Shown here piece after piece: positions 54,430 through 64,000 of a stretch of 64,000 bases of DNA. Source of the DNA: Halocafeteria seosinensis (taxonomy: Eukaryota); assembly GCA_001687465.1 (NCBI GenBank), contig LVLI01000338.1, positions 1-64,000 of the forward strand, written 5' to 3'. Under the pieces are notes generated by a model that worked only from the letters and a program-made list of their open reading frames with translations, ran no database searches and was not told the origin of the DNA. The translations under genes and the position numbers were made by a program. Within the stretch, counting starts at the first letter, position 1; each line of letters opens with the position of its first letter.

Positions 54430-56214
54430 CTACGGGTATATTTTGCACGACGTCATTGGCAGCCTCCTTGTTAGTCTGTTTCCTTGTGATGTAGCGGTAG
54501 TATGGCCGGAAGAATTAGCACGCGTCTCATTGCGAGTCGGAGTAGGAAGCATAGTGGGTAACTGTCGCATCTGGAAGCGAAGAATTGGTAGGGAGTCACT
54601 TCCATTCGGAGTCCAAACACTCTCGTTCCACCGTCGGGTACCACTAAAACTGTACAGTGTGCCACGAATTCCCGCTAGATTGTCAGAATTTCCTATAGGC
54701 ACCAGATTCTGTCCAGCGTCTTTCCCTACTATTGGTGCCCCCTCATTGCCTCGGTACACGGAGTACTTCACGAGAATATCACCTGAGGCTGTCTCAGGGA
54801 TTTGGCCAATAAGACATCCACCATTGTGCGACGCAACAAAGCCTGAAGCGTAGCACTTTGTTAAACGCACATCTCCGGAGGCGGACAAGTCGCCGCCGCC
54901 AGTGTGGCTTCCTGTAATTCCTCCGGCTTCTTCGCCCGTAATATTCCCCACCGTGTAACAGTCTGTGACGTGGACATCTCCATTGTTCATTGCTATAGTA
55001 GCCCCAACAATACCACCACTGTGCTCTCCTGGGATCTCCCCAGTACTGAAACACTCTTTGATGCGTACAGTTCCTTGGGACTTTCCCGCTCCTGCACCCA
55101 CTATTCCTCCAGTTCCACATCCTGAGGACACCGCTCCAATTCTTCCAGTTGAAAATGATTCATAAATGTCAATGTGACCGTATCGTTCACCGGCCGAAAA
55201 TCCACAAATTCCACCAGCGTCCTGCCCTTGGATGTCTCCTGTAGAAAAACAGCGCTCTATGGTGGCCATGCCCCGGAAACGTCCTGTATGACTACCGATT
55301 ATTCCACCTGCATTAATACCCACTATATGTCCCGTGGAGTGCGAGTTCACCACCTTGATCCGGCCCCCATCGGAGCCACATTCCCTTCCGCAGATGCCTC
55401 CTGCTCCATCATTTGTTATTGCTCCGGAGGAGCTGCAGGATTCCACAACGAAAAATCTCTGATGTCTTTGGAATATAAAGCCACCGTGCGATGCAGTTGT
55501 ACCATTCTTTATATGGACGTTTCGAACAACGGGTGCCTCTGCGAAGGAAGCTACGCTTTTAATTCTGAACAATCCTTCAAACTCTGTAACAGTGTGTAGA
55601 TCGATAGTGTGTCCCGCTCCTTCAAAAGTCTCATTGGAACTAAGGGAAATATAATCATCGGCTTTGTACCGTCTACTCCATAATAGCATGGTGCAGTTCA
55701 ATTTGAACTCCTTACGGCCGGGGAAAAACTCAAAGCATCGCTCAAACCCATGTATAATGTTGCTTCTCAAGTCCGTTGGAGCCGCCGATGCCGTGAGTAG
55801 ATCAGACGCGGATACAACCAATGTTACAAGAGGCAAGATTATTGACCTTCTGGGTTGCACTAACGTAGGGGTGCATCGCCTCTGAAAATGCTTGACGCAA
55901 TCGTTCTTTCTCCCCTTCTTCTGCCAAAGTTCTGACACCAGTTTCCGAAGTTGAAAAATTCGTGAAACGAGCCCTTCCGCGCCACCACAGCCAGTGCAGC
56001 CATGATACATGCCAATCAATCCCAGCAACAGTAGTACCAGTGTCGTTGTCTTTCTGGGAGATGGATCGTCTTTGCCTTGTTTTGAGAGAATGACACAGTC
56101 TCCGATGCTCCGGAGCGGAGCAGTTCGTAATTTACCACTGCTTCCCCAGCGCATGCTGGTGGTATTGCTCATTGCGATGGTGCGGTTTCTAATTTTCGTC
56201 TGGGAGGTTATCAT
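54430..56214 (-). CDS. Family member G: one GLUG-like module, minimal stalk, no C-terminal TM (probably secreted)
   Basis: First ATG 56214. Two hydrophobic leader segments precede APTDLRSNIIHGFERCFEF, ETFEGAGHTIDL, GGIxG repeats and WTPNGSDSLPILRFQM. The ORF ends LTRRLPMTSCKIYP. Confidence 0.85.
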   Translation of the reverse strand: MITSQTKIRNRTIAMSNTTSMRWGSSGKLRTAPLRSIGDCVILSKQGKDDPSPRKTTTLVLLLLGLIGMYHGCTGCGGAEGLVSRIFQLRKLVSELWQKKGRKNDCVKHFQRRCTPTLVQPRRSIILPLVTLVVSASDLLTASAAPTDLRSNIIHGFERCFEFFPGRKEFKLNCTMLLWSRRYKADDYISLSSNETFEGAGHTIDLHTVTEFEGLFRIKSVASFAEAPVVRNVHIKNGTTASHGGFIFQRHQRFFVVESCSSSGAITNDGAGGICGRECGSDGGRIKVVNSHSTGHIVGINAGGIIGSHTGRFRGMATIERCFSTGDIQGQDAGGICGFSAGERYGHIDIYESFSTGRIGAVSSGCGTGGIVGAGAGKSQGTVRIKECFSTGEIPGEHSGGIVGATIAMNNGDVHVTDCYTVGNITGEEAGGITGSHTGGGDLSASGDVRLTKCYASGFVASHNGGCLIGQIPETASGDILVKYSVYRGNEGAPIVGKDAGQNLVPIGNSDNLAGIRGTLYSFSGTRRWNESVWTPNGSDSLPILRFQMRQLPTMLPTPTRNETRANSSGHTTATSQGNRLTRRLPMTSCKIYP

Positions 56215-56624
56215 ATATACAGCTTTGCAGAGTCGTATAGATGCGTCAAGCGTATTTTTCCAGAAGGGCCAGCCGTTGACCAACACTCAACGGTTCTCGT
56301 TGGGGTATGAGGGCGTATACTTTGTATCCAGGTCCAAGGACACGGAACAATAATGGTTAAGCTCATGATACCTTTGAACTCGATCAAGTCGACATGTTAT
56401 GTGTGTGTGTTCATTAGGTGCCCCGCTGGCCACCCTAGAGTCTGAGTACAGACGCCGATGGACAACAATCAATCTTTTGACATAATGGTATGACCCAAAT
56501 AATTATGAAAGCTCCAAATGGCATGCCAGTATGAGGATTGTACCTCTTGATGGTTTTAACTTGAGCATGAGTGATCTCGATTGAATTCGAATGTCGTTTT
56601 CCTTCTTCGATTCCACGATCACTC

Positions 56625-56731
56625 TTCTGCGGAATTCACGGAAGGCGCAGGGTAACTCACAGGTGAGGTACTGGAATTTTTCTGCGGAATTCACGGAAGG
56701 CGCAGGGTAACTCACAGGTGAGGTACTGGAA
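56625..56731. repeat. Perfect 52-bp direct repeat x2 (period 55)
   Basis: ttctgcggaattcacggaaggcgcagggtaactcacaggtgaggtactggaa at 56625-56676 and 56680-56731. Confidence 0.95.
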
Positions 56732-56865
56732 GTTCAGTGTGGGCCCTGATTGACAACGGTACTACGTCGTTACGGTAGTATGAAGATGTTGACGAGTTTG
56801 TTTGTTGGTGATGGTATTTTTTCCTTTGAAACATAAACAGAGAGAGTCGCGGTGGGAACTGTGTC

Positions 56866-57640
56866 TTCCAAAAGCATACGGCCAATGACCCAAACTACAA
56901 GGACAATGGAGAAGACCTCAATTGGGATGACAAGCATGTAAAAGGCATTGCGAATGCATTGCAGGTCGATATTGCATTGAGGAATATTGATTTAAACAAT
57001 GGGTAATCACCGATAGTGGTGCTCAATATTTGGCGAATGCCCTGAGGGAAATGCTCCAGCATCACCTCTTTTATTGCGGACACACTCAGTCAACTGCGCA
57101 ATTTACTGTCGTTGTTGCTGTCAGACTGAAGACTTAAACCAGTGAGTGACAGCAAACCAACTTCTTGTCGCACGACCCACGGCAGCATGCCCATTCTCGT
57201 GAACCAGGCAGCTAATACGCTTCATAGGTTCGTATCAGAAGGACCAATAGCACAAGCTTCTCCTGCAAACTACCGGTATGTACAAGATGCCCCAAATTGA
57301 ACTGGTCTTGAGCGTCGCACGAAACCAACCCCCCATAGTATCGTGATCCCACTCAAAGGATATTCTACTTGGCTGTACATTGTGACGTCTACGGGTTGGT
57401 CACAACTACAGCACACGACGGACCTCCTATGCCTGCCTGCACAGTTCTCCGTGCAACTGTGAACGAACTCGGTTCTTCAGTTTCGCCATCCTATGCATCC
57501 CGTCCCATCTCCATCTCCTGCTGCTCCCTGCGATCACGATGACCAACTTTGGCTCCCTGAATCTTGCTGGTACATACATTCAGGCAAAGACCCTCAAGAA
57601 GCTCTATAGAAGGGACAATCACTTCTTTCGCATAGTTTTC
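56866..57640 (+). pseudogene. Remnant of an RNI-like (NLRC3/tropomodulin-type) leucine-rich-repeat gene
   Basis: ANDPNYK..WDDKHVKGIANALQVDIALRNIDLNNG then, after a frameshift, ITDSGAQYLANALRE. Later SLNLAGTYIQAKTLKKLYRRDN. Confidence 0.6.
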
Positions 57641-58019
57641 GAGCGCTCCAGTCTTTACAACACGTTGTCTCACTGCAGCACATATGATAAAAAGACTATT
57701 AGAAACGTCATGCTAAATGGACCGAGAAATTCATCATGCGTTGCGCGGAACCGACGCCGTTGACGCAACGTTTCGGAAGCTCCCGTTCCATACGCGGATA
57801 CGAGAGAATAAATTTAGGATCTTCTCTGAATATGCTCACGGTGAACAAACGTTCTACAGTCTACCTTCTGATAGTGCGCCGTTCAGCCTACTTGGTGTTT
57901 TGGGAGTGATCAACGATTCATTGGGAGCAAGTCCCGATTTGACTTGCAGAATCGAAGCATCTCAGCAAGATGGCTTCCAGTTTCTCGCCAAAGAAGAGCT
58001 GTTTGCGACAAACCATGCT

Positions 58020-58620
58020 TTTCCTAAGATCCACTGTCCTTCGAGACGAGTTTTCCTGTTCGCCAGAGAGATGATCCTTTTGGCGGTCACCACTAAACCG
58101 CTCTCAACAAACTGCGATTTAGACAGTGGTATCCCGTCTGTAACGAACCCAGTTTACAGTATTTTCCTAATGAGAAGTTTTTTCAAACGGCGGGTACTGT
58201 TCCCGGTCTCAGGACCGACTTGAAGGACGGACCGGAAGAGTCTAGCAAATGGTTATCCGTTGTAGGACGAAAGATATTGAGCACAGTTGCTAGAGCAACC
58301 TGATGGCATTCCTTTCTAAGTGTGTTGCCGATATGTCTGGCAATTGCTCCTCCACTTCGGACGAAGGCGGGCTTCACTCACCCCGGGTGGTATACCCTCT
58401 CTTGATATTGTTGTCAGCAAAACTCTGCGCCGCACAGCTGGCTAATACTTTGGTCAAGGGTCCTGTCGGTTACAGCTACCGGCCACCATTAGGGAATGAT
58501 TCTACATTAACTGAAATCGGAATTAAACGCCACTGGCAGGGGACGGTTGGTCAAGGGCCAGTGCGTAGAACGTGCCATGTCGGTCCGATTATAGGCGTCG
58601 CAGGGCGGACAATAAGAAAG
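58020..58620 (+). pseudogene. Frameshifted paralogue of the member F leader (47115-47800)
   Basis: PKIHCPSRRVFLFAREMILLAVTTKPL vs PMIHCRSGRVFVVNREMSRLVLTTEPL; VVYPLLILLSAKLCAAQLANTL vs VVYPLLILLSTLFCAAQLANIL; EIGIKRHWQGTVGQG vs ELGIESRWKGMVGRG. Confidence 0.85.
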
Positions 58621-59046
58621 TTTGGTGGAGGCCTATAGCGACCCACTGCTGGAGCTTCTTTCCAAGAGTAAGTGTCCTGGTGCAACTGTTCATCGCCAAG
58701 AATCATGCCGATACTTCCCCCAATACGGAAAAAAAATCGGATAAGGCATTTCCAGAGAATGATCCTAACATTACTGCCGTTCTGCCCCATACCATCGGGC
58801 GGCAAGCCTCGGCAGTGCAAATTATTTGGTTGCCAATGATCTATGAAGAAAGAACCTTGCAGCGCATTCCCCGCTCGAGCTCAAAAGACCCCAAACCTTG
58901 CAATTGTAGGACAAACAGCGCGTCCCTGTTCTAGTAATTTCTGTCGATTCTCCGATCAATCTAGCTTTCGATGATCGACAAACGTCGAAGTTGAGACCGC
59001 CATGCCAGTACGTACTATGGTACCTGTCTCCAGTATTAAGCATCGC

Positions 59047-62000
59047 TCATTCCCAGACGGAAAACGGGTGTTCTTCATGACGCTTCAGCTGGTGACGCCG
59101 CATGTAGATCAATTGTGGGTTGTGATACAGAGTCACTGCAAGCCAGCACTTTGCTCGGAGCCGTTGCATGTTACTGTTCTTGTAGGCTCGTTTCGATATG
59201 CGTAATGGACCCTCAGACTCCAATGGTTTCTCAGCCATGGGATTCGTTCGTGGGGTGGAATCTTCGAGGCGCTTCTTCCGTTGCGCCTTGATATCTTCCC
59301 AGAGTGAGGAACATAAGACCATCACAATTGGGTTATTATGAAGATAGTCTATTAAGAGCATACTTCTGAAACTGTTATAAGCACCATCCAACGCAGCGAA
59401 CTTAGCCGGAAGTTTAGTATCATCAATTCGAAGGAATTCTCCCAAACCGAAGACAAAATGAATCTGCAAAGTGGTAAAAGGAGAGCCGGTCAAGAGTTGA
59501 AATAAGTAGTACCGCACCCGCGGTTGAAATAACAACCTTACTTACAGTAAACCTTGCTAAGACCATACTTAGACCTGTCACCAAAGCAGTCATTGAGTGG
59601 ACAACGTCGAACACCGAAAACAACCTCCGGTGTCGGATAACATTGCCGTTTATAATAAAACGAACGAGAATTAGCGATAAAATAGTATTCATCGCCGTTG
59701 TTGCTCCAACAAATCCGGTAAAATACTGAACCCACGGCTCGTTGCGAAGAAGACCCAGTTTTGGGTGCAGCAATATAGTCAGAACTGCTACCACCAAGGA
59801 AGTGAGAACGGTTATTCCTGTAGTTGCAAATGCTGCATGCCATACTTGCTGGGCAATAAACTGCGTGCTTTTAGCTAAGGACTGGTACTTGTTTATGGTT
59901 GAGAATCCATCACGACCACGCAGAACCGTCTGCCGATACCTGTAGAAGAAGGAGCTCCATATTCCGGCATTGGTTAATACTGCAAAGAACGCTCCAAATC
60001 CTACTCCGACATACACTCCCAACTTTATAATTTCAACCCCTTGATCTATAGTCAAACCGCTACTTTGGATTGTTTGAATAAACGTAGATGCTGCTGGTAG
60101 TCTGCGTGCAATTGCGGTCTTACCCTCCTCCTCCAGACGACTAAGTTGCTCTCTCACAGCAGCGTTATCCATCGCTACATTCGCCGCCTGCTGAATTATT
60201 TCCATGTCAACAGAACTTGCAGCCAGACCTGAAGCTTCAGCGGAAGCAGCATGAAGAGCTGCTTTTCCTTGGTCCAGTTCAAATGCGATGTGTCGGGAAA
60301 CAGCAATGCCTGTTAAAATAACTAACATAGTCAAAACAATGCTCATTCCCAGACTAACCAGTAAGCGCTGCGGGAAGAAAAAGTCTGTTTTAGTTTCATA
60401 CAGTTCGTGTTTCCGAGCTGGTGCAGTTTTTGCCAGCATGAATTTGTAGTACTTCTCTAAGAAAAACCCTTTAAGAATGTCGCAGGTACCTGCACTTTTT
60501 CTGTCGTATAACTGGTGCAAATTGCGTTCAATTGCACTCCTCTTCTTGTCAATTCTTCGCGCTTTCTTCAGGAACTCCATTTCCACGGCCTGAGCATGCT
60601 GTGATAGGGTACGTCCAGAAATCTCCGATAGTGAGTAGGATTCTGGTTGCAGAATGTATTCGGCGCGCGCTGGATCAGCTCTCTCCCATTGCGTTTGGTG
60701 CAGTAAAACTGACATAACATAATGCCGTCTGGCATTGCTCACCCTGTTCATCAAATAGAAGTCGTTGTAACGGCCGTCTGGCTCCCGTAACTCAGGGGGT
60801 ACGTTAGCAGCGTCGAGCAATTCCTCTCGAAACTTTCGAAGCGTGTGATAATTTTCCGTGAATCGCTTACGTCCTAGAGAGAGCAAACGGTGAACAAGAT
60901 ATTTAGAGTAGAGTAATCTTCTTCGATAGTAGGTGATGTTGTGGGCCACCCCAAGGTAACACCTCAAGGGGACTAGCGGGACACCATTTTCATTCAGTAG
61001 GATTGCAGTGCCCTTTTCACGCATCGTTCGTTTTGGAAACGTCAAACCACTTTCGGCCTCCGTATAGCTCCGACGAATACACAGTACCACAGAGAGACAC
61101 TTGAGCACTATAGGGAAACAGCAGCAACAACATCCACGACGAGGTTTCTTTCCGCTGCTCACAGCGTCTGCTTTTGTAACCAAGTACTCCATCACCACCA
61201 CGCGAATATAAAGATACATGGCAAATAACGCACAAACCACTGCAGAAGTGATAACCGTCCCAAAGAATGGGTCTGGGTATGACAGATATCGCGCTTGCTC
61301 CGCCAAGAACGTGAATCCTGCCAATGCTAAAACAAGGAAAATAAACATGGACCAGAATGAGGCGCAAGTCATAGCGCACTTGGGGTTTCTCGTGTTGTTT
61401 CCTACTAGAAGAGGTAGAGAAAATATCAGACCGCCTACTACAAACTGCCACCAGTTTTCTAGGCCCCTCTGATTAATTTCCACTGGATTCACAAGAGTAA
61501 CGGGGACAACCCTACTTCGTACGCCCTGAATAACGAAACGAAGGGTATATGCCCCACTACTTCCAGCAATGAAACGTAAATTATCAAATGAAGCGACACC
61601 GTCTTTCCCGACAATAGCGGTGTTGCCAGCTAGCACTGCAAAACCACTCTCATCGTCATCCAACATTGCAGTTGCAACGGCGCTGGCGAAGGCGGGATTA
61701 GCCTTCTGAGTTCCACCGCGTAACGTCCCACCTACTCTAATTGGATCCTCCATGGGGCTATTCAGGAACACTTCACTAGCAACTTTCTCGTTGAGAACGT
61801 TGGTTTCTTCTATGAGAGTCTCAACTTTAAACGGAGTAGAAGGTTTGCTGCTGGCTCCAGATACTGTAAAAAATGCAAAGGAATAGTTTCCTCGGCCACC
61901 AGAAATTAGAATGGGATTAAAGATGGCAATTCCATCCTTTTCCGTATCCTGGGCAATAATGGAGGGGGCAATCTGTCCTCTGCGGTAGTCTTCTCTCTTT

Positions 62001-64000
62001 ATCTCTTCACCATCCACTCCAATCTGCTTATGAATTTTCACATAGATCCTCTGACGAATGGCTGGAACGCCATCAGCCAGCGTAGCTTTCACACGGATTT
62101 CCCCCAGAGGAAGTTCGACATATCCATCCGAGGGATCTTCTGATAGGATAGTTAGGTGCTCTGCTGTGCTTTGCATCCTGAGCTCCGCATTAGACGAGCA
62201 CACACCTAAAGAGCAGAACCTTAGAGAGTAATCACCATCTATCTGAACGGGTGTTAAACTGGCTGAACCCACGCTTTGAAACACCGCCGTCATGTCCTTG
62301 ATGAATGCGGTCCCGCTCGAGTTCGCCAAAGACCCATAGCAACAAGAAGGTACATACGGCTCTAGTATATGTTGAGTTAAGCGTCTTGGAACATGAAGCA
62401 CAGGGTTCTGGATGTCAATACGCCAAAGCAAGGACAGCACGGCCCCCGCTCCCACTGGAGACTTCGCTGGATCTACGGTTATTACAAAAGCTGCATCATT
62501 AATTGTGCTATCAGCGAACAAGATGATCTGCAGTATGGGCTGCTGAACAAACGGAAACGAGGGTGTAATTACCTTTGACGGCGGTTGCAACACGTGGATA
62601 GCACGGACAGGGTTAAGTACATCCATCTCCAGAAACTCGTGCGAGATGATGGTGCTATTTCCTGTGAGCACGCTAAACCGAAGGGTCATTTTGCCCATCC
62701 CACTACAAGCAGATCCTTGTGCAGCGCAAGGGTCTCCGGCAGCGATGAGTACATCTGGAAAGCGAGCAATCCCTTCATCGTCACTAGGATCGGAGAAGAC
62801 TAAGTTGACCATACTGCCAGAGCATGTCTTTGGAGTCCGGTCCGGTACCTCAGAGTTCATACTACAAATAGCCCAATTCCCGTTGCCTATGCTCGTGGTG
62901 TTATCTGAGGATATGTACACCCTAGACCGAACTCCTTGAAGCGGACCACTTTCGCCAACGATTCTTACGGCCATATTGGACACCACGTCGAACCCAATCA
63001 TCCTGGGAGAGCTATAGTTCAAACGATTTCCAGTGATGCGGACTTCGTTCACTTGGCGGAAATAAAACGATACTATCGTCCGATTCATTCTTATCCCATT
63101 TACTGAAATAGAAAACAGAAGCCACCCAGGTGTATCTGGAGCGACACGTCCTGAGACTGCAAGGTTGCCTCGTTGGTTCCAATAACTTGTGACGTTATCA
63201 AAAAACGCATCGGATACAATCGTAGTACATCCTTCCAACGAATATGGGAACGGTATGCATCGTTGCATGATACCTGAGTACGATGGATATTCCAAATACA
63301 ATTCGGTGTAGCTCAGTAGTTCAAAGCTGATATCGAAGTCCCCGTCGTTGATCGGATTGCCTTCAGGGTCCATCATGCGCAATTCCACTTTAGGGAGCTC
63401 TCCCTCATGACCGGAGAGCGAAATGGGTGAAGACAGTGTGCCTTCATGATTTGCTAAATTCACTGAGTACACGGATCCTACTGTAGGAGCCAGAGACAGG
63501 GACATCCACTCAGAAGAGCACGGATAGGTGTTATTGGGGTTCCACGACGCAAACTTGACAAACAAGCTCTCTGGCGAACTAACAAATCCAGGTTCTAGGT
63601 ATATTATAGCAAAGCCCTCCGAATCTGTCACTGACGGAGATGATTCCAGAGTGGTAGACTTCGAACAAATTACATGCACTCTCACTCCTTCCACAGGCTG
63701 TCCGTAGTAATTCGTAGCTTGGATTGTAACGTTACCAGAATTGTCCCCGCGTGGAGAAGCCAACGGAAAGACATGCTTTGAATGAATTTGGATATTGGCA
63801 CAAAATATGTCATTATCTACCCACAATTCGTTATGAACCTCTAGCCGTAGCGCTCCTAGCGGTGTATCATTTCCAAGTTCCGTAAAGCCAATGAGATGCG
63901 TCCCGTTGTCAGAGGACGTGACACGAAACTCACTAAAGTGCATGAGCTGAAGACTCGCTGGCTCAGCAGTGTACGAAAGAGATACGGGAGCCAGCGCCTT
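59047..64000 (-). CDS. STRA6-like: STRA6/RBP-receptor-like multi-pass membrane protein with a large Ig/invasin-like ectodomain; exons >64000-59546 and 59463-59047; 5' end outside the window
   Basis: C-terminal motifs IRHRRLFSVF..GLSMVLARF, LRIDDTKLP..LDGAYNSFRSMLLIDYLHNNPIV and RAKCWLAVTLYHNPQLIYMRR match my recollection of the STRA6 family pattern. Ectodomain repeats DEGIARFPDV and DGVASFDNLRF..GAYTLRF. The frame is open to the window edge. Confidence 0.8.
59464..59545 (-). other. 82-nt GT-AG intron (phase 0)
   Basis: gtaagt...cttgac...ctttgcag joins LARFT|IHFVFGLGEFLRID in frame. Confidence 0.9.

Noticed and set aside
56625..56731. CRISPR array
   Set aside because: Only two adjacent copies with a 3-bp gap, no spacers, no cas genes, and a eukaryotic context.
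1..64000. Prokaryotic or giant-virus origin of the contig
   Set aside because: Spliceosomal GT-AG introns, the EF-hand/WD40 and STRA6-like genes, long intergenic regions and abundant pseudogenes indicate a eukaryotic nuclear locus.

Overview
Eukaryotic protist DNA: standard genetic code, roughly balanced GC, short 63-82 nt GT-AG introns. It resembles a heterotrophic stramenopile flagellate, but the taxon cannot be proven from this window. Most of the window is a cluster of one expanded, apparently intronless family of cell-surface or secreted proteins. They share a ~350-400 aa ectodomain module: a DLR..EPC start, an FDGxG..IDL motif, 31-aa Gly-rich GLUG-like repeats (SYSTGxIxGxxAGGIxG), and a W..LPILR/YPQLR cap. 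A Ser/Thr mucin stalk follows. There are 7 long ORFs: four single-pass with a conserved unnamed cytoplasmic tail (one cut by the window start), one multi-TM and two without a TM. About 7 degraded fragments of the same family lie between them. Two conserved genes also occur: a spliced EF-hand/WD40 gene (32488-40086, -) and a spliced STRA6-like membrane protein with an Ig/invasin-like ectodomain (59047->64000, -). The most interesting signals are site-specific hypervariability between duplicated ectodomains, swappable C-termini, a mosaic fragment, and very long stop-free leaders with repeated anchor/basic/signal units. No RNA genes, CRISPR arrays or transposase/reverse transcriptase genes were recognised.
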